Below are positions 36,440 to 48,087 of a stretch of 64,000 nt of DNA, one piece after another. The stretch comes from Azolla caroliniana (taxonomy: Eukaryota > Plantae > Polypodiophyta), in contig JBHGNT010000001.1 in the NCBI GenBank assembly GCA_043228905.1, forward strand, positions 4,836,001-4,900,000. Reading direction: 5' to 3'. A program made the translations under genes and the position numbers. Under the pieces are notes generated by a model, which ran no database searches, had not been told where the DNA came from, and saw only the letters and a list, made by a program, of their open reading frames with translations. Within the stretch, counting starts at the first letter, position 1. Each line of letters opens with the position of its first letter.

Positions 36440-39400
36440 ATGCTCCTCTCGAGGGCTAAAAAGGTCGTCTTCCGAAATCCAAAGGCTTCTGCTCTCGCGG
36501 CGGAAGCTTATCAGGGAAGAAATAGCTTGTGCAACGATGGATTTGTGTTAGGGTTCCGGCATTCCAGAAAGCTTCTCCATGAAGCTCATCAAATAAAATT
36601 CATCTCATTTAGCGATGGATCAGGGCCTCAGACCTCTATAAATCCCTCCCAAACATGTTGCCCGAGGGTGAACATTTTATACAGCGGTGGATTAGGGTTT
36701 CAGACCACAAGAAAGCTTTCTGAAGAATCTTATCCGGAAAAAAAGATTGTCTGCAATTACGGATTAGGTTCTGACTTTTCTCGGAAACTCTCTTCTGTGG
36801 CAAGATGCATGAAAGATGAATGTGTTTTACCGCAGGAAGTTTCATCAGGGGGCTTATTGTTTCAAACAAATGCAGTTTCTCAGTCAATCAGGCATTATTT
36901 GCGGTGCTACTGGGACCTCTCCAAGGCTCGCCTCAGGTAGTTTCTTTATTGCTCTATCTTCATGTTTAAAAAACAGAAACCAGCAAACTCAAGTTCAGTG
37001 TAGCTGTAAATTTATTTCACCTGCATTAATCAAATATTGCTTATGTCAATTATAATCTGCCATGGTATTTCTTGAAAATCTTTTTATTCGAAAACTAAAA
37101 AGGTTTTCTTGCACAGGTTTTTTGTAAATCTTGAAAATCAAAAGTTGAAATTTTGGAATAATAGGGACATATACCTCTTCAAACATACCTCATCACTATT
37201 TTCATTTGCATTTTTCAAATACTTTGAGTTGGTGACTCATCTCTATCATGTTGGAAAACAAAATCTTGAGTTCCATGAAATGTGAACTTGCATTAGACTA
37301 AAATTGACTGCAAAATGTTTGAAATTGAAGGCATATATAGTTTTTGAATTACATCACTATCATATTCAGACAGAAATGCGAGTTTAATATATGCTAGTCA
37401 TGCATTTCTTGAAAATCATCTTTACAATTTTGAATTTGACGGTACACATCCATCTCCTAAACTCCTTCCTCCCTTTCATAGTAGAAAAAGCATTGACTTG
37501 AAACTGATGTATTGAAGGACTACGCCTGTGAAGCTTGCCACCCTCATGTTTGTAAACAAAATCTTGAGCTTAATGTAATGTTCACTTTTGTTATTCAAAA
37601 TTCAAAATTCAGTTTTTGGAGTTGACATACGTCTCCAAAGCTTTCCTCAGGTTAATGCCTTATCATTATCATGTTTATAAAGAAGTCTCAGATTTAATGT
37701 GAATTTCACTTGCAGTTGTTTGAAAATTACCTTTAAATTTTGAACTTGAAAGCTCTCCAAAGCTTGTGTCATCTAGGTAGCTGAACCATCATCATGCTAC
37801 ACTGTTAGAACAGAGGAGTAACGACCTAAGCTATTAGTGCACCACAAACTGAAGAAAAAAACTTAAGGACAACTAGAGATGTTTATAGAGAGAGATTTGT
37901 TTTTTAAAGAAAGTACAACAGTGGTGTACACACCACAGCTGGTTAAGTATCAACAAATTATTGAATAAAAAAAGCAAAAAAAGAAAGAGGTGTGTGATGA
38001 CCAGCCAAGTGATCACTAGTCAAATTAGGGAAATCACATCTATTAGGGCGGCCTACAACTTCAGTACAGAACCCTACAACTGAAATGTAAAAACCTTACT
38101 ATGAAATGAATAAAGGTTAATCCAAAATTGAAGCCTATTATCTGAGATCTTGACTGCAGCACCCTAAAATTGAAACTGAGACTCCAATATACATGATACA
38201 AACTGCTGTCTTTCAAGGATCCTGTTTGCACACTCAAGTAGCAGTTCTATGACCTGACATTCTAAACAGAGCCAACTATCTTAATCCTATGGATAATTGT
38301 ATAACTGATTTCTCGCAAGAAATAACAATCGCAAGGCATGGGATGCCCTAAGATGTTTAGACATAATATCGGGACATCTAATAATAAATAATTCCCACAA
38401 TTTTCATGAAAGTTTATTACCTTTTTGGATTTTTTTGTTAACATTACAATTGACCCACTGTGATCACAGTTTATGCATCGTAAATCTCCGTAGTATTGCT
38501 TTAAAAGCTTTATACATTGTAGTATGTAGCTTTGGGAATGATAACATCTTTCATAGACAAACCTTCGACAAATAGATGTTGAATGATCTTAAAGTGCTTG
38601 AAGTAGGAGTATGATATTATTCTATTAGAGGCTTGGGATTTTTTATGTGACCATTGGATAACCCTATCTTTTTGGAGATTGTACTGCACTCATCAGAAAA
38701 GTTGTATATATTGTTTCCAAAGGAGATTTGAAAAAATATGCTTATTTTGCATTTTGGAACATCATCAACCTAATAGAATGTTTCTTTTTGGACAGTATGT
38801 TGGTTGTCACAACAGCGGGGGCGGGCTATGTTATGGGAAGTGGAGTAGCCATAAATTATTGTGGGCTTTCTTGGACTTGCCTGGGAACTTTCTGTGTTGC
38901 TGCTGCTGCCAATACCTTCAACCAGGTAACTTAGCAAAGGAACTTGTTTACTACAATCATGAAACAGGGAATTGGTACTTTCACTATGGCGGTTAAAAAT
39001 GCAGTCCTTGCAGTTGTGGAACACGAAACGTTGCCTGAAATATATCATGTATATGAATGCATGGGGCACAGTAGCATAACATGCTGAGTTTGATAAAGAA
39101 GAATGTTTATATCTTTTTAGCAACCAATGTTAGATCATCTAATGTTTACAAATCAATATAATGGTCAATATATTGCTTAGTAACATTGAAAACCATGATG
39201 TTTGTTTAATATATGGTGTATTAACATTGATAACTATAATATTTTAATGTTTGCACTTTTTATTTATTTGGGATTCCAATTTAACCCTATTTTCACTCAT
39301 TGAGATTCTTGTCCTGAATTGATTGAACAACAGAATTCATCACATCACTTATGTCATGTCCTGTTAACCAGCATCTTTTAGAAGTATCTATTGTTATGAG

Positions 39401-41177
39401 AAAAAGATCAATTAAGATGACTCAATGTTTTTTTCAGATCCTTGAAGTTGAGAACGATTCTAAAATGAAAAGAACAAAAAGGAGACCACTTCCATCAGGT
39501 TGTATAACTACAGAACATGCGATTGCGTGGGGTTTAACGACTGGTATTGGGGGCATTGCCTTGCTGGGAAGCCAGGTCCATGCACACACACAGAGTAGTA
39601 CTACATTTACAAATGATAAGGCCCTTATTAGGGACCACTGTAATGGATAATGATTTGCTTAGCAATATTGGGACATTTTACAGGCAAATATGATTGCAGC
39701 AGGGCTTGGGGCTATTAATCTCATTCTATACACACTTGTGTATACACCTTTAAAGCAAATTCATCCAGTAAACACATGGGTTGGAGCAGTTGTTGGCGCT
39801 GTTCCTCCTCTTCTAGGGTATGCTAAACTCTATGATTTTTCTTACTATTCTTTGTGTGATGTTGGCAAAGGTTTTGAAAATCACTTATAAATATTCTAGC
39901 CCATCTCTATTGAGAACATGTTGTGGTTGTTCTCAAGATACATTTAGTTCTATGTTGGGGAGTTGGAATGATTGAATTGAAGGTGGAGCATTAGGAATGA
40001 GGATATCTTGTTGAATAAAAAAGATGTGGGACATAAGAATTTGTATAGAATCTACATGGCCTAAAGTAAAAGGTACTTCATGAAAAGCAAGCGAGTTATT
40101 TAGCATCCAAACTACTTACAATGTACTTACTGCATGCTGCTATGTAGGTTCTAGAACTAGTTATAATTTACATACTGTATTGCCATGTTTTTCTTGAGCT
40201 GCTGTGATAACATATGGATATTTTCCCAAATATTTTCTCTCGATAAAAATAACTAGGTTGATTGATCTGTCAAAAGGTGCAGTTTAGTGTGTGGGTTCTA
40301 GATGCCACATGTTGCCCGACAAAAGTGGTGCCTATAGTCTCCCTCACACATGTATCATTATTTCGTCCTATCATTTCAGTTGAATAAATGAAACGATACT
40401 TATTTAGTCTTTGTTGGAAATAGATGGGCAGCAGCAGCTGGGGAAGTCAGCATGGGTGGATGGCTTCTAGCAAGTGTGCTGTACTTTTGGCAAATACCAC
40501 ATTTCATGGCAATTGCATATATGTGTCGTGAAGACTATACAGCTGGAGGGTAATGCTATTTATATTCTAATTTTTCATATTTAATTGTCAGTTATTGATC
40601 GGAATTCAATGGTTTGTTTCAGCTTCAAAATGCTCTCCATGGAAGATGTTTCAGGACGAAGAACAGCTCTAGTAGCTCTTCGTAATTGTGGTTATCTGGC
40701 TCCTTTAGGTTATTTAGCATATCAAAGTATGGGAGTTGATGCTGAGTCATATTCAATGAATGTCTTTTGAACCCTCTAAATAACTTTTAGAGCTAGTCAA
40801 TATCTCACCATGCTTTGTATACAGGTGGTATGACTTCAGAATGGTTTGGATTGGAAACGGCTCTCTTGTCTGCTGGCATGGGAACTAGTGCAGCTTTGTT
40901 CTATTTTAAGCCTAGTAATGATAGGGCCCGGAAGCTATTCAGAGCCAGTTTGCTATACTTGCCATTTGTGATGGTTGGAATGCTCTCTCATCGTCATCCT
41001 AATGTGGCTGAATCTGATCTTGACGAGGACCTTACAATGAATGGGGAAATTATAACATCAAGTGCACAAGCTCACAGGGTTTTGTTGGATTCTCAACAAA
41101 TATCAAGACCTCCTGTAGCATATTTCTCAGTTGCCCCTTTCCCTTTCTTGCCACTTCCTGATTTTACACCTAGCTAA
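36440..41177 (+). CDS. COX10: Protoheme IX farnesyltransferase (heme O synthase), mitochondrial, 7 exons
   Basis: Exons 36440-36936, 38796-38925, 39438-39575, 39684-39817, 40424-40549, 40623-40726, 40825-41177. Motifs [98 protein letters not shown] and [16 protein letters not shown]-terminal presequence present. Confidence 0.96.
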
Positions 41178-43968
41178 GGAACATTTCTCTCCTCCTCCCC
41201 AGATGGTAATTTTTGTTTTACTTTTGCTTATCATTTGCCCATGAGGTTTTGCAATAAGTCTTGGAATCATGCTAAAAGAGTTCAAGGGGTTTTTGAAGGT
41301 TCTTCTTTGCCCCTCATTATACTGTACTCTAACCCAAGTGGTTCTTTTCACGATTTTCGGCTGTGCATAATGGTATTGGGAATAAACAATTGACTGGATG
41401 AACAATGAATGGGAATACATCAAAATTCTCTAGGTATAACAATATCCGTCATGTTTGTTATGTTGGTTTTGTGGGTAAGTACTAATCACTTAGAAAAATG
41501 CTAAATTTAGGAAAGTACATGTAAATACTATTAGATATGGGAGGATCTATGGATAGGTCAGAAGATTGTAACATGTTATTGCTCTCTTTTGCATCATATG
41601 TTGTTGTGAGGCAGGCTTCAATCCAGTGTCTTGCAAATGATTGGAAATGGTTTTGTACAGGAGGTTGTTCGGTTGAAACAAATAGTTGTGAGATGTTTTT
41701 CACCAATTTTAAGAGCCACTATGAGCTTTTGTAAGGGTAATAAAGTATACAGAATATTCTCAAAATCCACTCTTTTATGTGTATTTTTTGATATTTCACA
41801 TTGTTTGTATCGGCCAAAATGGTAGATTTTCCACCATTGGTCATTAAGGACATTAATTAATTAGTGGCAGATTGATCCAAAAAATTGTGAATCAATGATG
41901 ACTCGATACATTGATTATGGTAACTATGTTTGTTGATGGGTCTTGATTAGATGAAATTGATAACTTGGTTAGTGCTCAAATCTTGATTACTTGGTTGTAA
42001 ATTCCTTAATTAGCAAATTGTTCAACTAAACCTTGGGATTTGACATTTAAGATTATTGAAAGCAAAATTTGATTAATTTTGGCAGATACAAGATGTGATA
42101 TTCCTGCAAACTGCCTTTAAGAGTTAAATTAAATCAAATAAACTAGAAGCTGGAGTGTTTGGTTATGTTGGAAGCTGAAATTAATGTAATTTAATCAAAT
42201 ACTGTCTGAGATTTTGGCATTTTAAGATTATAGAAAACAATTTTTTTTATTCATTCTTGCAGATGCAATAAGAATTGGTATTCCTGCAAACTACCTTTTA
42301 AAGATGTGATATTCCATATATTCTAGTTTTCAATACTTGCTGGCTTTTCTTTGCATGTAGACTGGCATCTTTGTGTCTTTCTCCTAGTGCATACCAATGC
42401 CACTTGCACTAACTTATCAATGCTTATCCAACCCTCCACCTCAACCCAAGACCTCAGCTAGTTTAAGAGAGAAAACATTGGCAGGGTTGTAACCTATTTG
42501 GATAATTTCTTCCTCATTTGAGTATATAATATTAATCATTCTGTTGGCTGTAGTATGAGACTCTTATCAGGTGCCTCACTGATTTCAAGGGAATTCTCTA
42601 TTGTATGGACCATGTGAAATTTTTAATCCAAAGGAACACTAATTGGGAAATCAAAATTTTAGAATGTCCATAATAGTTTACTCAATCTTTAAAATAGATT
42701 TCAAATGCAGCTCATAAGGTGCAATAAATAGCACATGAAAATGAAAGTAAAATGTTTGTAGCTAGCTTAAGCACATATGTATATCACCTTGCACATCTTA
42801 CCATCAAAACTAGCTTATTATAAGAGTGAATAAATATCATTCAAGATTTGGCTTGTAAAATTTTTTAAATCAACACACGCACAAGCAAGAGGATGCAAAA
42901 AGTGACTTAAGATGCCATTGCCAATTACAAATAGAAATTTACGAAGTTTCCTTACCGGATTTCTAATATAGAGACATATAACCTAGCTTGAGTTCTTGCA
43001 ATGGTACTCGTAAAAACTCATGATTATTTTAATTTGAGATCTTGCAAATGATGAATTGCTCCTAATATAAACATCAACTACACACTTGCCCACATTTCTT
43101 CCACAATATAAGGAGTGATTTAAAACAATAGCATGGACCCCTTTTTGCTTTAACCATTTGATCTCAAACATTTTTACCAAAAAGAATGAAAATTAGTAAT
43201 GCCTTAAATTAACTCGGTACACACTCTTAAAGTATATGTAGTTCAACTCAAGATCAATAATGGAATATATAAACTAGTCACCACTCACACCATGTATAAT
43301 TATATCAAGCTTGCGTTTAAAAAGTGGGATAAATTGGTAAAACATTAAATGTTGAATTTGATTAAAATTGAGTATCTCCTTAAGCTACAAAAATTAGTAG
43401 TTACATCAAAGTTGAAATAAACAATTGTTCAAGCTTAGGCATCACCTCAAGGGTTAGTAGGTAGCTATATTAATGGATCCAAACAATTAATACTATCTCC
43501 TAAGCCATGTTGTTGAATACATGAGGTAGAAGCTTTGCAAAAGGAATGCAACCCCGAACAAAAGCATAAGTAGCTTCCATTGAGCCATCAGCCCAAGAGT
43601 CATTATAATTACAAAATCAAGATCCTACGGGCAACATTGAGAAGCTTCTAGCTTGCCACAACACTTTGAAGGGCAAAAAGGAGAACCATCTTGGCTGAGC
43701 ATTGTCTTGGAGAACCAAAACTAGCTAATTGAAGCTAGTTGGCCGCTCTAGTGTCCAAGAAGGAGGAGAACATTCCACATATCCTATCAACTCCTTGTCA
43801 TTATATATGAACTAGAATAGTCCACACATGATAAGGCACTTGAAATTCCTAGGTGAAAGCCAAACGTTCCACGATGACTAACAATGGCACTAGTGGAATA
43901 AAAGCACATGGACAAGACCAGACTTCTAGTCATCAAACGACAAGAAACCAAATGAAGACCAGCTTGCC

Positions 43969-46644
43969 TCATGTATGGTACTTGCGAGAATCGTAATTAC
44001 TAGGATTGGAACCTAGCCTATTGTTGTTAAAGATGAGCGATCGTTGTTCCGTGTCTCCAAGGATGTCAAACATATCGAAGGTGTCATCGCCTCCGTCATG
44101 CCAAGGGATGACCTCGTGTCTAACGCTGCCATCCAAAGCGTGATTCGTATGGTCAAGCCATTCCGCATGGGGCATAGAGGTGGCATTGTCATGGTGAGTG
44201 TGAGGGGTATGTCCCCCGTGGAAATCAACAGCGGCCATATCGAGCTCGAAATCGTGAGGCAGGTATGGGTCAGTAGTAAAGGTGCCAAGACTATGGGCTG
44301 GGTTGTGTGGGCCAGGTATACCAGACCCAGACCGAGACCTGGACCCAGGCCCCAACCCAACTTCTCTGTCCACCCTCAGAAGGTCAGATGGGAACGGATA
44401 ATAATCGGGCGACAATTGTGCGGGCGCTTCTTCTCTATAGTTGTGAACCAGGATTTGGGCGGGTGCCACGTTGGCGCAATCCGGCGGTGAATCAGGTGGA
44501 CACGTGGCAGAGCCGTTGATCGCGCACCACGTGGCAGGATTACTCAGGTGGTGGTTAAAGAGGCCAGGGGACCATACATTATTGGTGTTGTTATTAGGGG
44601 ACCACACATCATTAGGGTTATTGTAGAGTAAATCAGCCTGAATCTCAGCACGTGATCTAGTACTAGTGTCTGCGGTATCGCTGTTAATGGGATGATGGCC
44701 ATGAGAAGGCTGAGACAAAACCAAGGGAAGGGTGGCGCCACCACCATGGCCCGCCGACCCAAAGCTATGACCACCGCTACCGCTACCGCTACGTGTGGCA
44801 TTCATAGCATAAGCCGGGGCGGCCGTATTGTCATGTGGTGAATGCGGGTAAATTCGGTCATATAATCGATTAGCGTAAATGTATTGACCTGGGTCCATTG
44901 ATATATTTTGTGTCACCGGATTGTAATTGTTATTATCGCTGGTATTAGCGTTGGTTGCATGTCGAATTGTTGGCAAACTGACTAGATTTGTCGGCGGATT
45001 GGTGAGATTCATGGGGTGGTAATTGTAAGTATAATAAATGTGATCGTCGTCACTAAGACTACTCCTCCTATATGGGCTGAACGAAGGATTAATAGGATCA
45101 ATTAGCTGGGGGTAATTCACATTCATTAAATCGTTATAACTAGTAGATAACGCTTGATGGTTCAGGGTCACGTCATTGCCATGATTGGTAACGTTTGTAT
45201 GTGTCGAATATGGAGGCGAGCGAATGGCGTTGATTAGGTGCGAGTAAACGTTCATGGGGGGGCCATGGGGATTGCTATTCATACTACTACTACGACTACT
45301 ATTTCCCTCATGATTCCTTCGATCCACGTCAATAATCATGGGAGGCGGTATGTTAAATACATGCGGGCGAGTGGCATTACCCACTTCCGGATTCGTTTTA
45401 AAAGCCCTAGCTGGAGTATTAGGAATGAGGTGCTGATCATTACTAAAGTCTGATGTTATTACACCAGGCCTAGGGTTACTATTAGCTCCTACTGTCATGT
45501 CACTGCGAGGGGGGGGGAGGAGATTACTTGGAGACCTTCCCATACTGTCAGGGTTCGCGAGAGGATGGGCATTATCGATGATGATTCGTCCAATGCTACT
45601 GTTAATCGGAGGGGGAGGAGGAGGAGGATTAACGTGATTCATCCATCCAACACTAGGGTTTCGTAACGTGGGATCGACACCCTGGATTTGGATTCGCTGC
45701 CGGATGCTGCTATTACTATTATTAGCGGAGAGGAGGGGACGTGGGACACTACCTACCGTCGGGCGCCGGCGCCGGCGCCGGGCGCCGTTATGATCGGACG
45801 GTGGCGCAGACACGCCGCCGCCGCCGCCGCCGCCGCGGATCTTCTGTCGGTAGCGCTCCCAGTAGGAGAAGACGCGGTCCACGTGATCCTCCGAGTCCTC
45901 CGGCTCCCGCATCAACTGCGCGTACGCCTTGCAGTGGCTCTTGAGTCGCTCGCATGCGTCGGCGTCCCCCGCCAGCACCCCCGCCCGCACCTGCGCCTCG
46001 TACTCGCGAGATGCTGCCATGCCGTCGGCACTCGCGTCGCCGCCTGCCGCCCTGCTACTCTGCTGGCTCCATGCGCGCGACAGGAAGAGGACCAAGAGCG
46101 GGTCCCGGTTGTCGCCGCCCGGGAAGACGTGGAGCTTGGCGCACGTGCTCCCGTCGATGACGCGCGCCCCGAAATTGTAGGCGCGCATGGCGGTGCGCAC
46201 GGATCGGTTATAGCAGCCGAAGGAGATGTTACGAGGCGGCATCCAGGCGTAGGCGTTGGCGGCGGCGGCTGGTCGACCACGATGGCCCGCCCCGAGCTTG
46301 ACCTTCATCTCGGCTTGGTAGTAGTATTGGTCGATGCGGGGCTTGGGCTTCTTGGCTGGCTTGCGCTTCTTCAATTGGATGCCGAAGAAGACGCCGCTAC
46401 AGTTGAAGATGCGGTCCAGGTGGTTCTTCATGGAGGTGGAGAAGGAGGAGGAGGGTTCTGAGGAGTGGGATCCGACTCCGACGGCGGCAGCGGCAGCGGC
46501 AGAGGAGGAGGAGAAGGTAGAGGAGGAGGTCTGAGCCTCCTCCTCCTCCTCCTCCTCCTCCTCCTCCGCGGCCTCCGCGGCCTCCGCCTCCACCTCCACC
46601 TCCGCCGCCGCCGCCGCCTGCACTCCTCCCGCCGCCGCCTCCAT
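43969..46644 (-). CDS. Apparently intronless 891-aa protein with a divergent AP2/ERF-like domain and a long N/P/S/H-rich disordered tail
   Basis: Uninterrupted 2676-nt ORF from ATG 46644 (46650 is GTG). Ala/Glu/Ser homopolymer N-terminus. Segment FFGIQL...YYQAEMK...NISFGCY.RS.RTAMRAYN.GARVI.GSTCAKLHVFP aligns with the AP2 consensus YRGVR..W.AEIR..VWLGTF.TAEEAARAYD.AA....G..AKLNFP. CT-rich 5' UTR-like leader upstream. Confidence 0.7.
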   Translation of the reverse strand: MEAAAGGVQAAAAAEVEVEAEAAEAAEEEEEEEEEEAQTSSSTFSSSSAAAAAAVGVGSHSSEPSSSFSTSMKNHLDRIFNCSGVFFGIQLKKRKPAKKPKPRIDQYYYQAEMKVKLGAGHRGRPAAAANAYAWMPPRNISFGCYNRSVRTAMRAYNFGARVIDGSTCAKLHVFPGGDNRDPLLVLFLSRAWSQQSSRAAGGDASADGMAASREYEAQVRAGVLAGDADACERLKSHCKAYAQLMREPEDSEDHVDRVFSYWERYRQKIRGGGGGGGVSAPPSDHNGARRRRRRPTVGSVPRPLLSANNSNSSIRQRIQIQGVDPTLRNPSVGWMNHVNPPPPPPPINSSIGRIIIDNAHPLANPDSMGRSPSNLLPPPRSDMTVGANSNPRPGVITSDFSNDQHLIPNTPARAFKTNPEVGNATRPHVFNIPPPMIIDVDRRNHEGNSSRSSSMNSNPHGPPMNVYSHLINAIRSPPYSTHTNVTNHGNDVTLNHQALSTSYNDLMNVNYPQLIDPINPSFSPYRRSSLSDDDHIYYTYNYHPMNLTNPPTNLVSLPTIRHATNANTSDNNNYNPVTQNISMDPGQYIYANRLYDRIYPHSPHDNTAAPAYAMNATRSGSGSGGHSFGSAGHGGGATLPLVLSQPSHGHHPINSDTADTSTRSRAEIQADLLYNNPNDVWSPNNNTNNVWSPGLFNHHLSNPATWCAINGSATCPPDSPPDCANVAPAQILVHNYREEAPAQLSPDYYPFPSDLLRVDREVGLGPGSRSRSGSGIPGPHNPAHSLGTFTTDPYLPHDFELDMAAVDFHGGHTPHTHHDNATSMPHAEWLDHTNHALDGSVRHEVIPWHDGGDDTFDMFDILGDTEQRSLIFNNNRLGSNPSNYDSRKYHT

Positions 46645-46669
46645 CTCCACCGTATCTGTGTCTGTGTTC

Positions 46670-46700
<31 letters not shown>

Positions 46701-47219
46701 CCTTGTTTGAGCGGTGCGTCTCATCGTTATTTAAATTTTCTCTCTCTTCCTATTTACTCGTATTTGTTTATTTATTAATCGGGTTTCTCTTATTTTCACA
46801 AAGTACCCCTCGCCTGACCCCCTCCCCCCCCCCCCCCATCAACTATACATACATATGTATATATACGTCTCTGCCCTTGCGTCTTAACACCCCAATCCTC
46901 ATCGGTAAACACCCCACCCCCTTGTTCACCCATCGTTAAACACCATGTTCACCCATCGTGCTCTCTCTCATCTTTTTTTACTTTCTCTCGATGTCCTCGT
47001 GTCATCCCATACTATGGTGGAACGAAGACACATCGCAGAGTAATACCTAATATTTGATACCATTAAACTAAATGGTTATGTTGGTTTGGAGTATGCAAAT
47101 TACACAAAGTTTAAGATGTATTACTTACTACTGATAATGCAAGTGGAGATTGAATTGACAAAGCATTTGATACCACCCAGTTGAGTTTTAAGGAAGCTAC
47201 AACATGCAATATGGATTTG

Positions 47220-47319
47220 ACCCTAAAATGTCAAAAGTTGTTTAACATGGATTTGTTTATACATGGTCTAAACCCTAAAATGTCAAAAGTCGTTTAATAT
47301 GGATTGGTTTATACATGGT
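47220..47319. repeat. ~54-bp direct repeat x2
   Basis: ACCCTAAAATGTCAAAAGT.GTTTAA.ATGGATT.GTTTATACATGGT occurs twice. Confidence 0.85.
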
Positions 47320-48087
47320 ATATAATCTAGTAATGCAAGGTTGTCCCATGAGCTCATTACTCTCATGAACACCTCTGTTCTGAAAATTACCCTACAGAAT
47401 TGCCACTCATCCATTACTATCAAATGTGAACAATCTTGTAACCCTTGAACCTATACGTGGGACACAACTACCTAATTATTGACATGGAATGATCGTGAAA
47501 ATACGCATTCAATAATCAGTAGTCTTGAGTTCAATGGTCTTGATGATGTGTTGATAACAAACCTTTCTATGTTAAAACTCCTACGATTGCATGTGTGATT
47601 ATTGTTTCGATTAGTGTTGTGGGATGATGTTGATTAAGTGAGCATTGAATTGAGGATTTTGGATCGTCGATTAGTTGATTGATAATTAGATCACTTACGT
47701 CAAAGTGGTTTAGATGTATGTAGGTTGTTATTCCATTGTTCAAATTGAAACATTGATGTCAAACACCATCAATGTGGACATCAATATCATGCAAGCAGTG
47801 AAGTTCGGCAATCATTTTCTAGCCATCCAGAATGGTTGTAAGCGTGCAAGGATCATGAATAATGCCACTTTGAGATCACCAACAAAGTGAATGATGCAAG
47901 AGCAGAACCAAGGAAGTATGGGGTAGGTTCGAAGTGAAGCAAGAAAGCCATGTATGTAGTATGTGTGTACAAGAAGACAAGAAATACCTTATGTGTGTTT
48001 GCTTAGGTGATTTTAACCAACGTTCCATACATACATACATACATACATACATACAGACATGATGATGTGGTAAAACAACAAAAGCCG

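Noticed and set aside
37803-38268. Possible solo LTR in COX10 intron 1 (TGTTAGAA...TTCTAAACA)
   Set aside because: The termini are nearly inverted, but the flanks (TACAC vs GAGCC) do not form a TSD, so support is insufficient.
45688-46724. Several plus-strand and alternative-frame ORFs up to 257 aa
   Set aside because: Shadows of the GC-rich coding strand of the 43969-46644 ORF, with no motifs of their own.
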